From: Acanthaster planci
Taxonomy: Eukaryota
Length of the DNA stretch: 64,000 bases
Assembly: GCF_001949145.1 (NCBI RefSeq)
Contig: NW_019091357.1
Coordinates: 1,915,704 to 1,979,703, forward strand
Reading direction: 5' to 3'
Positions 11,857 through 22,628 of this stretch are shown piece after piece; positions within the stretch are counted from its first letter, which is position 1; each line of letters begins with the position of its first letter. The translations under genes and the position numbers were made by a program. Below the pieces are notes generated by a model that was not told where the DNA came from, did no database searches, and saw only the letters and a list, made by a program, of their open reading frames with translations.

Positions 11857-14800
11857 ATGGCCGCCGGCATTGAACGTTGCCCCAGTAATTGGGATAAATT
11901 GACAGAATTGCAAGAGATTTTGCTGCGAGAGAAGAGGCTCAAGCAGATTAAAAGAAGATGCTTTTCTGACAGAAGTTGTGAGGATAGCCGTGAGCCTTTG
12001 ACAACAAGAAATCAGGGAGTTCCAAGGTAAACAATCAGGGAGTTCCAAGGTAAACAATTAGGNGGTCAGGTTGTGGTTTTTATCGAGCAACAAAATTGTA
12101 AACGTGTTCATCTCCGTGTCAGAAAGTAATAGATTTTTCCCACACAAGTCAACCTTAAAACAGAATAGGCCGAAAAAATACAAAAACGAAAAATGTTCTA
12201 TGCAATTCTGTTTATAGCACTCGCTCTCATCTCGTTGTGAACTTGGTGAAATGTCAGAATGAATGCAGACAACATCTGTCACGTGTTACCTATTTTGAGT
12301 TACCTTTTGCAGAGATGACATTTTGAGGCGAATAGAACGTGTTATTGAGGACATTTTGACCAGGATATCTCATCAACAACCACCCATTCTGACGTACAAC
12401 AGCACGAGTAGATGGGATAATGTACAGTAAGTACTTATAAATTACGACGTGTATCCTTGTAATTTATGTTCAGGCATACAGTGTTTTGCATTTGCTTCAA
12501 GAACTTGGTTTGTTGAAGAATAAAGAACAAAATCCTCTTGACGTAAGTTATTTGATGGAATTATAGTTATGATTAAACAGCCTTTCAACATGCAAAAAAA
12601 ATTTATCGAAAATGAAAACAAAATGTCCAAGACTTAATTAACCATAAGCACTGGCACATCAAAGGATACCTTCTTAAGACGTGAAAACAAACATAAAGAT
12701 GATTTCAGCATGGTTGATTGTTTTGTCTGTTGATTTTAGATTCACAGATGATGTTGGCTTAGAGATGAGAGGCAAACCAGCCCTCACAGAAGTTAGATTT
12801 GACGCAGTCAACTCAGTAAAGAAGTTTGGTCAGTAACAGTGTGTAACTCAGAACATCTGCCTTGATTCATGTCATTGAGTCCAAGGGAAAAAACTGCATA
12901 TTCTTTTCTAATTTCACTTTCTCTCTCAAGCGCCATAATCTCAAGGCTAACTCTGTTCTTGTTAGTCTAGGACTGAATAGGACATTTTTAGACATGTGTA
13001 TGATGGCATCAAATAAATTTGCTGCAGTTGATGGGCAAATCTTTATTTTGTTGGATAATTGTTGAAACATGGATGCCACATATATTCAGGCCAAGCATAT
13101 AATTTGAGCTGTTGGTCTTCATAATTTTATTTTCTTGGTTATTAACTTACAGGGATTACTTTGAGAGTTATAGCCATGTGCTACAAACTTGTTCAGAGTA
13201 ATACATTCTCAACAAAACGGTGAGCGTAAATTCTATTTTCGTGTGAAATCCCTTCTCCTCATTCCCCGCTCCTGCTCTCCAAGAAAAGACAAAGTCATAG
13301 GTCAGCACTCGTATTTTAAAGTATTTGACCTCTTGTTGCTACTGAGGAAAAGGTGGAATGCTTGTACTCCAGTAATTTTGCACAACTTCCCTTATCCATA
13401 AAAGAGGAGAACTAACGTTAGTGACCAGAGTCTGTTTTTGTGATGGAAAGATTGGATGTCGAAATTCAACTGCTGGACCTGTGCTTTGTTCCCAAGCAAA
13501 GTATATTTCCTGTCTGCACCCATGGTTTGTCGATGGGTGCTGAGATAAAATCGGGAAGCCTAGCCGAGATGGGCCAGTGTCCCAAGGGGAATAACGATTC
13601 TAATTGGTGTCATGCCAAGACAAACCTGACATAGGGTCGGACATCAGGTCAAAGGCCATGTCAGATAAAACGGGGTTATTCACACCACTACTAAATTGAG
13701 GTTTACATTTGCGTCATGCATGACAGGGACTTGTATTACAAAGACACCGAGTTGTTTGGGAGCCAGTCAACACTGGATGACATTTTAAAGAACATCTGCT
13801 GCATGTTAAATGTGCCGAGGCGAAGCCTGCACGTGGTAAGTACTATGATAGAGATTTAAAGAAGAAGATAAAAGATAGTTCATCCCACTATCAGGGATTT
13901 TTCTACAAATAAATAGACTGGCTTGGAAATGGCCAATAGAGACTGTTTTTATCCATTTCTCAGTTTGTTCTCACGATACAAAACTCACTCTGAAACTCAC
14001 AAATGCACCTTAAACCTAATCACAAATCAATCGCAAAAATGGACATCAAAGTTTATTTACATTCTTAAGTTGTATGTATTTTTTTTAGCTTGCCACCTCA
14101 AAAGGGTTTATTGCTGGTGATCTGAAGTTTACTGAAGTTAATGGAAACCGTGTCGACTGTAGCACTTCCAAAACTGTAAGCAAGGCGGCTTTATTCCACC
14201 TATGAATATCAGCGATCCAAATACCAGGTTGATTATGTAAGTTTGCATTGTAACTGTTGAACGGAATGAATTCGTATTTCAAATATGATTTACTTCCAGG
14301 GCATGCTTATACCGGCTCATGTCCAGGACATCTGTAGTATCCTTTTTACATAAATGACACTGGAACTCAAGACAAAGCCCCAAGTTTGCTTGAGTATACT
14401 TTAGTTGGCTTCACAACATTCTCACTAGTTGGCAAATATTGTTCCTTGTGAACTAAGGACAATAGTGTCCTCATAAAAATTTTAAGTCCTCAGAGGGACA
14501 GGATTTTAAGTCCTCACAAGGACAGATTTTGTATTGATTAGGACAAGATTTGTAAGTCCCTTGATGACCATAGGATTTTGAAATTTCTCTGACTTAGGAA
14601 TTTTAAGTCCTCATAGGGATACATTTTAAGTCCTCACAAGGACAGGACTTTTAAATCTGCCTATGGGTAAGACTTTCACAAGCCCTGCTGGTTTCCCTGA
14701 GCATTCCTCTCCAAGATGTGCGATCACGAGCGAGGTTTGTCTTGGTGGTGGAGAAGGATGCCACATTTCAGAAGCTGCTGGATGATGGGATGTTGGGGGA

Positions 14801-16242
14801 CATGTGGCCTTGCATCCTCATCACTGTAAGTGCTTGCCTGTAGGTCTCTCAGTCTGTGTGCCTGTCTAATTTGAAGGGGTTCAACGGGACATTGCAGGTT
14901 CGAATCCCACTCCAGTCAATTTCTTTCTTCATCTTTACAATCAATTCTAATTGACCACGGAAAAAGGGTTGTATGGTTTGGAACCGCTTGTTCAAGCAGC
15001 GAATGCATCAACCAACCCCCCCACCCAAAGAGCCATGCTCAATTACTCTACGTCCAAAAACCAGTGACAAATTGTACGATGCCAGGATAGTGTCTTGCCT
15101 CTTTTGGGTCTTCGTTTGGTTTCATTTAGGGGAAAGGATTTCCAGACGTGAACACTCGACTGATGGTCAGGAGACTGTGGGACGACTTACAGATCCCCAT
15201 CTTAGGCCTAGTGGATGCTGACCCTCACGGTAATGACTCTGCCAAAACGTTGTGGACTTTCAATATCTTATAAGGATAATTCTAAGAATGTGCAAAATGA
15301 GGAAAGCAGTCTGGTGCTTCAAACATCCAGTACAACCCTACTGACAATAGTGAAGAGCATAAGATATTTACTATGAATAGTTCTATATTGAATATGTAGT
15401 AGTGAGAGCATATGATATAATATTACATGACCATATTCAATAGTAGTATATTTTTCCTCGCTAGGGCTGGAGATACTCTGTGTTTACAAGTTTGGTTCAA
15501 AGGTGAGTCTATTATATTGGCATTCTTGAAAAACAGTTATTCTAAAACTTACTGTTGATTCAAAGAACCTTTCCTTGCTTGAGAACGGTTAGTATAAAAT
15601 AAGCTCACTTTTTCCAAATGCCTAGATGAGACTTGGATATCCCTTTTTAAATGAATGTAGGACTTGTTCTTTTATTTTGCATGTGCATATACCCTCAAAA
15701 TGCAAACACTTTTCTGTTTTCCAACCTATTCCATCTCCTCCAAATGGAAAGTTCAACATTGTACACCCGGTGAAAAAATCTACCCATCAATTCAAATTAA
15801 AGTTTTTGTTATTTTTTAAATCATGAATATTGAAGTCCATGTCCTACGAGTCCCACAGTCTGACTGTTCCTTGCATCCGCTGGTTGGGCGTCCTTCCCTC
15901 CGACATTGACAGGCTTCAAGTACCTCGCGACGCCCTGATCCCACTGAGCCAGTCGGACCTCCGCAAGGCCCACAAGCTGATGCAGAGGCCCTATTACAAA
16001 CATCTGCCCGACTGGATGAAGGAGGTAAGGGAAATGACAGGTTAATTTATGTCCTGTTCCGATCCCAGTAAGTAGCAAGGAGTTTTCAGGCTGCTGAGGC
16101 GCGGGGTTTCTTTTCTCGTTAGATGCAGGTTCTGATGAATCTGGAGAGAAAAGGCGAGATCCAGTGCCTGACGGCCATCTCCAGCGACTACCTAACCAAG
16201 GTCTACATCCCTAACAAGATCAGACACGGAGGATGGATCTAG
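11857..16242 (+). CDS. SPO11: Meiotic recombination protein SPO11 (topoisomerase VI-A-like), 12 exons, 409 aa
   Basis: Exons: 11857-12026, 12313-12426, 12740-12828, 13153-13219, 13727-13835, 14089-14175, 14300-14336, 14716-14825, 15130-15229, 15465-15502, 15836-16024, 16123-16242. Total 1230 nt, phases consistent, all GT-AG. Translation has STKRDLYY (catalytic Tyr), [16 protein letters not shown] (Toprim), GKGFPD, VDADPHG (DxD), IRWLG and C-terminal GGWI*. AATAAA at 16401. Exon 1 is the least certain. Confidence 0.96.
14444..14686. repeat. MITE-like repeat in SPO11 intron 7
   Basis: Several TTTTAAGTCCTCA...GGACA sub-repeats bounded by short inverted CTTGTGAA / TTCACAAG ends. Confidence 0.5.
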
Positions 16243-17001
16243 TGAATCTCACTTCCCCAGTGCGTGGCCCCGTAGTTCCATATTGGGTTAAAAACAAATT
16301 CACAGATTCACCCATCCCCCCACCAACTTTATAGCACTGCTGAGCACAGCCAAGTTTGCATCATGTACCTGTACAAATGGGATACCAGCTAAAATGCCTT
16401 AATAAAGTCTACCATTTGCAACTGGTACTCAACCGCTTGTTGCAAGGCACACCAATGTGCTAATGTTTTCAGAACGGTACAAGATTCTTAAGACAGCATA
16501 CTTTCTTTAAGGTTTCAAAGTTTAAGGATGCTTGAAACAAGCTGAATGTCTCTCGATCTGTAAACCCATTTAAGATTCGAACTAAAACATGTATATTCAT
16601 ACCCAGTGGAAGAAACTTCTATAATAATTTATTGCAAAGCCGTACTACCTTCATGCAATCCAAAAGATTTTATTTGCAAGATATATTTATAAAGGCTATA
16701 TTTTCCGGTAAATTGATAACCTTATCTATTGAATGTTTCTTCGTGTGATTCTTAAATGATATTTAGCTCTGCCAGAATTTAACTGTAGTCATTTTAAAGA
16801 TTTCTGTGCAAACTTTGTACAACAGTTTATGAAAAAAGCCAGACTTTGGCAAGTGCAATTCCTTTTTAAAATGTGCATGATTTTTTTTTTTCAAATCCAT
16901 ACTGTGAGTGGTTCAGTATTAGGATGTTCAACTTGAGAGTAAGAGGTCCTGGGCTCAAACTGCAGCACTTTTCTTTTTTTTTTTTGGTGTTTTTTTTTTC
17001 T

Positions 17002-17706
17002 AATGTGTAACATAAGTATATGGTCCGCACACGTCAGTAACAAACTCAAATAGTCCAGTGGTTAAGACTCTGAACTCTGGACTGAGAGGTCCTGGGTTCA
17101 AATCCCAACTGTTCCTTTTTCATAACATTTTTAAGATCCATACCTTTCAACCTGTAAGATAAGTATATGGTCCGAGCATATGTTACTAAGAAAATCAAGT
17201 GGTCCAGTGGTTAGGACTCTGAACTCTGGACTGAGAGGTCCTGGGTTCAAATCCCAACAAGTTCCTTTTTCATAACATTTTTAAGATCCATACCTTTCAA
17301 TGTGTAAGATAAGTATATGGTCCGAGCACATGTTACTAAGAAAATCAAGTGGTCCAGTGGTTAGGACTCTGAACTCTGGACTGAGAGGTCCTGGGTTCAA
17401 ATCCCAACTGTTCCTTTTTCATAACATTTTTAAGATCCATACCTTTCAATCTGTAAGATAAGTATATGGTCTGAGCATGTGTTACTAAGAAGATCAAGTG
17501 GTCCAGTGGTTAGGACTCTGAACTCTGGACTGAGAGGTCCTGGGTTCAAATCCCAACTGTTCCTTTTTCATTACATTTTTAAGATCCATACCTTTCAATC
17601 TTAAAGATAAATATATGGTCCGAGCATATGTTACTAAGAAAATTGAGTGGTCCAGTGGTTAGGACTCTGAACTCTGGACTGAGAGGTCCTGGGTTCAAGT
17701 CCCAGT
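17002..17706 (+). repeat. Tandem array, 5 x ~149 bp, each unit with a tRNA-Gln(CTG)-like Pol III cassette
   Basis: GTCCAGTGG recurs at 17053, 17202, 17352, 17501 and 17650. Each unit has A-box TRGTCCAGTGG, B-box GGTTCAARTCC and a T5 run downstream. A degenerate sixth copy lies at ~16906-16963. Acceptor and anticodon stems are broken, so these are not functional tRNAs. Confidence 0.88.
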
Positions 17707-17790
17707 GAAGCAGGGGGTTTTTCTTTTACTGAGCCTTAAATAAAATAAAATTAAAAGCAAAACTCTTTTTCACGCTAGCTTCTTTAGCTA

Positions 17791-17895
17791 GCTTGTTACC
17801 CTGCTGGGGATTGAACCTGCTTCTGGAGGGTTCTCGTCCCACCAGGGTGGTTCTACCAGGCAGCAAGCTAACCTGTTGAGCCACTTGGGTCCCCC
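17791..17895 (-). mobile_element. tRNA-derived SINE-head-like sequence
   Basis: Reverse strand has A-box-like TGGCTCAACAGG and B-box-like GGTTCAATCCC, more widely spaced than in a tRNA; no cloverleaf. Confidence 0.45.
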
Positions 17896-19278
17896 AACTA
17901 CAGGTGTTCGTTTCTTATATATAAAGATTAGATTCATACTTAGATTTCGTAAGAGCTCTCTGGGGGTCAATAGTGGGAAAGACTTGCTATTGTCATCAGT
18001 GTTACCAAATGAACAAGACTATATCTGGGGGGTTGCAAACCAGACATGGACTGATATTCATTACACTCGAACGCCATCTGATACGTTCTAGGATGCAACG
18101 ATTTATTTGAAGTATGGATTTACACTAATACAGTCTACGTGTTCTCTTAGAAAACTGAGCTACAATCTTAACTGGGTATGAAAACCACACACGAAAAAAC
18201 AGAACAGGACGACTGTATGCCTTTTGACCTTCACTGTCAATTCAAATTCCCAGCCATAACTATATACAGAACGCCTTATACATATTCCAAAGACCTAAGA
18301 CTCCGCAAAACACTGTCAGGGGCCAAACTCTGGTGTTTCAAGTTTTTTGGCAATGGTCTTGACCTTCTTGACAGTGGTCTTGTCCTTGACAATGGTCTTG
18401 GCCCAAACAGTCGATGGTGCTTTGGACACAATGCACGCAACACTCGGGCTCACTGCAAGTGGTATAAATTATGCACAGCACCGCTAAATTTCATCAGTAT
18501 GAGTACAAACATGCAGCGTCTTTGCTGTCAGAACCAGTCCAAATACAACCAGCAACTATTGTGAAGGTTTCACAGAAATGAACATCAATGTAGCAGTGTA
18601 ACACACGATGCAGTAAAACAGTCATCCTCAAAAAGAACGGTACAGACCAACTTAAATTTGGGTTTTTCACCAGCATGACAAGTCAGAGATACAGAAACAA
18701 GGTTTTATACTGTTTAGCAAATCAAGGGTTTTGTCAGGGTTGGATTGGGAAGAAGAGAATATTGATGGGATGTTATTGCCTTTGTCAATACAAGAAATTA
18801 GCTTGACATGACATTTCCAAATGATCGTAAGATTGTGAGGTCTTCTTCCATATGGCTACTTTTGTTTTTCACAGTCTGCAACTATTTTAGTTAAGGGTCA
18901 CAAATTATAGAGAGGGTCTCATTTCAGTGGCAGTACATTGTCTTTGCATTGTCTAAAACTGATGTTTGGAAGATGCCAAAATCTTGGGACTCTGCTGTCT
19001 AAGAATACACAATAAAATTTTTCCAATTTTTGGAGAATTCTGCAGGAGAAAACAGCAAGCATGGAGGCAAAACAGAAATTTGAGGATAAAATGCTGTCAA
19101 GTCATGCGGCTTTTCCTGGAGGAAACTCGGTAACCATTGGTTTTCCATACATGTATGTGGAAAATCAGATATCTAACAATTTAGCTTGGGACATTTTAGG
19201 TGTTCTAGAGTTTTAGGAAAAATTCTGGAGAGTAAAAATGTGTTTTTACCAAGCACAAAGGGAAAAAAGAGCTAGAGA

Positions 19279-22200
19279 CTAGAAACACTTCCTGTGTACA
19301 ATACCAGGGCCCATCTCATCATACTCCTGCTTGCTGATCCACATCTGCTGGAAGGTGGAGAGCGAGGACAGGATGGAGCCCCCGATCCACACCGAGTACT
19401 TCCTCTCCGGGGGCGCCACCACCTTGACCTTCATGGTGTTCGGGGCCAGCGTGGTGAGCTCCCGCTGCATGCGATCACCCAGGCCAGGGAACATGGTTGA
19501 GCCGCCTGACAGCACCGTGTTGGCGTAGAGGTCCCGGCGGATGTCCACGTCGCAGCGCATGATGCTCTGGTAGGTGGTCTCCTGGAGACCGCCCGACTCG
19601 ATGCCGATGAACGCTGGCTGGAACATGAGCTCTGGACAACGGAATCGTTCATTTCCTACAGAGAACAACCCAACAAAAAAATTCCTCATAGACATGTAGA
19701 CTACAGCCCTAGAATCTCACCAGTAAAGGTTATTTTCTCCATTATGCCCATTTGCAAGTGGGAATTAGAGAACAAATATTAGAATGTGAAGCAGAACTTA
19801 ACCAATCAGATAATTCCCAAATTTTTACCCACTTGCCAACAGGAATTCTGTTTCCAAAAATTTCGACTTTCGAAATAGGTAAGATGCAGCAGCCAATTTC
19901 TGATATTATGATGGCCAAATGGAACAAGTACTGAAAATTTTGTACATACATGTGTATCATAATTCTTACTGAAACCTCATTTTTTAAACACTCTGGGGCA
20001 CACCCACAAAGTGAAATTTGCTACCACGACAAGCTATGCACAGCGGCCAAGTGTGTATATGCAAAACAGATGAAGATTAGTGTGTTTAGAAGTCAGCTGA
20101 AGGTGAGTTAAGGATGGTGAGTTGAGGATGGTGAGTTGAGGAGGGTGAGTTGAGGAGGGTGAGTTGAGGAGGATGAGTTGAGGATATTTCAACCCATCAG
20201 CCATGCTATACAAGTCCTCCAGCTCAAAATGATTAAAACCATTTTTGTCTGAGACTATCAACTGCTGAAGCAAAAGATATCAAATCTCCTGACGTAACAA
20301 TCCATTCCGTCATTTCACTGCTTTCAAGCTACTTGCCTATTGTGATTATCTGTCCATCTGGTAGCTCGTAGCTCTTCTCGATGCTTGAACTTCCAATGCT
20401 GATTTTCATCTCCTGTTCATAATCTAGCGCCACATAGCAAAGCTTCTCCTTAATGTCACGGACGATCTCACGCTCCGCTGTCACAAAACCAGACACATTG
20501 CAATATTAAAGACTGATACAGCCTTGATATTGGGCAGCCGGTAAAGTTACAAATATGTTCAGAAACTTTGGCTCCTTTTTTTTAAGGAAAATTTTTCTAA
20601 TGATGGGAAAAATTGTTAACTAATTTCAGAGGACCATTCAGAAAAATTGGTACAATTCCAGAAATATTGAACAAAAATAATGGAACATTCCAAATGGCTA
20701 GATGAAGATATCAAAGGGAAAAAACTTTAACCCCCCCCACAAAATAAAACAGTCGAGCAGAACGCGGGCTTCAAGTTGATTTCCATTTGAGCAATCACAC
20801 CAACAGGCTCTGAGACAGCACTTTATCTGCAATGACAATGTCTGATCAACAGCTGTTTTACAGTCAACCGACAGCCAAGTCGATTTGGCCTGGTGCCCAG
20901 AATTGTGTTGTGCCTGGATCATCAGGAATATCGACCAGTCGTCGACAAATGGTTCCTGATTGAACTCGGCTGTTGCTGCAAGGAAACACCTTGCCCTAAT
21001 GAAGATCACACGAGACACAAGACCAATTTCTCCACACATATTTGATCAACGCTCATTCCTTGGTCTTACACTGACCTGTTGTGGTGAAGGAGTAACCTCT
21101 CTCTGTCATGATTTTCGTCATGTAGTCTGTCATGTCCCGGCCCGCCAGGTCCAGCCTACAGATAGCATGGGGCAGGGCATAGCCCTCGTAGATGGGTACG
21201 GTGTGTGAGACACCATCACCGGAATCTAGAACGATACCGGTGGTGCGGCCAGATGAATAGAGAGATAGGACAGCCTGGATAGCTACATAGCAAGCTGGGG
21301 AACTAAAGGTCTCGAACATAATCTGCAAAAACCAAAAATACATGAGAAAAAAATCAAATGGGATATCCGGCTGGAGTAATGGTACATAATTCTTTGAGAT
21401 CCAAACATTAGGCTTACCAATTTCCGTTGGTTTGATTGCATTTTGGCTTGTTTTTCTCTAACCTCTGAAAAATGATCATGGCATGGACAGTTTCAAATCA
21501 CAAAGAAGCCGAGTCTTACGAGAGGGGTGTTTTTAAGGGGTGCTACCAAATGCTGAAAACAGCACCCAAAAGTAATACTTTTCAAGAGGTACACGTGGGT
21601 GACCATGGTATTTCTTCCCCCCATGCTAGTTCTCGAGTTTGTGGCTTTGCAGCCAATGGGTAATTGAAGCGTGCTGTTCCCAAGCAAGATTGTCAGGAAT
21701 TGCTTTTAGGGGGAAGGGGGCAATCCTCCCCGGAGTAAATCACTGTCTGCAATGAAACAGCAATTGTTGGTTTTTGTTAAACCCTTACTGCAAAATGGCA
21801 ACCACTGAGTTCATGGTCTCCGAATAATTTACAGGGGTAGAAATGAAGTAACTTAATACCTGAACCATCTTTTCCCTGTTTCCTTTCGGATTCAGTGGGG
21901 CCTCCGTTAGTAGTATGGGGTGCTCCTCTGGCGCTACACGTAGCTCATTGTAGAAGGTGTGGTGCCAGACCCTCTCCATATCATCCCAGTTCGTAACGAC
22001 GCCATGCTCGATGGGATATTTGAGGGTCAGGATGCCTCTCTTGTTCTGGGCTTCCTCTCCAACGTAGTTGTCCTTCTGTCCCATGCCAACCATAACCCCC
22101 TGATTTAGTTCAAAAGAAGAAAAAGCACAAAAATGCGAGGTATTATATGAGCATCTTTTCTGCAAAGACATTTTAAAGATAAACTCAACATGACAGGTGT

Positions 22201-22628
22201 GACTTGAACAAATTCAGCCAGAAAGAATTAGAACTGACGCAAGTTATACTGAAAAACTGGAGCATGTTACCAACTGATAGCATCTCCCTTTTCATTCTGG
22301 GCAGTGTTGCAATTTTGTTTCAAACACAAGTCCACATGCCTTATCCCTTACAAAGCATACACAAAGACCCAAAATTTAGCCCCACCCCTTAGAAAGACCA
22401 GAAAAGGTCAAATAAGAAAGCAAGACCTTGACCTGTTTCACCCACTCCCAACAGAAATCTGAATGTATCAAGAACAGCTCTCCAGGATGGAGCAAAGCCT
22501 ACCTGATGTCTGGGTCGACCAACGATGGATGGGAAGACGGCTCTTGGCGCATCGTCCCCTGCAAAGCCAGCTTTGCACATGCCTGATCCGTTATCAATGA
22601 CTAACGCTGCAGTTTCTTCATCGCACAT
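19279..22628 (-). CDS. Actin (divergent conventional-type), 5 coding exons, 376 aa
   Basis: Exons (minus): 22628-22503, 22099-21860, 21322-21076, 20477-20337, 19655-19279; total 1131 nt. Starts [21 protein letters not shown], contains YPIEHG and DSGDGV, ends IVHRKCF*. Intron 4 has a GC donor. Acceptor AG 1 nt before the ATG implies a 5'-UTR intron. AATAAA on - at 18102-18107. Confidence 0.97.
20102..20185. repeat. 14-bp minisatellite (GGTGAGTTGAGGAK), about 6 copies, in actin intron 4
   Basis: Direct tandem repetition visible in the sequence. Confidence 0.85.

Noticed and set aside
17040..17706. Functional tRNA-Gln gene cluster or CRISPR-like array
   Set aside because: Acceptor stem does not pair and the anticodon stem has two mismatches. 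The spacers are homologous to each other, there are no cas genes, and the DNA is eukaryotic.
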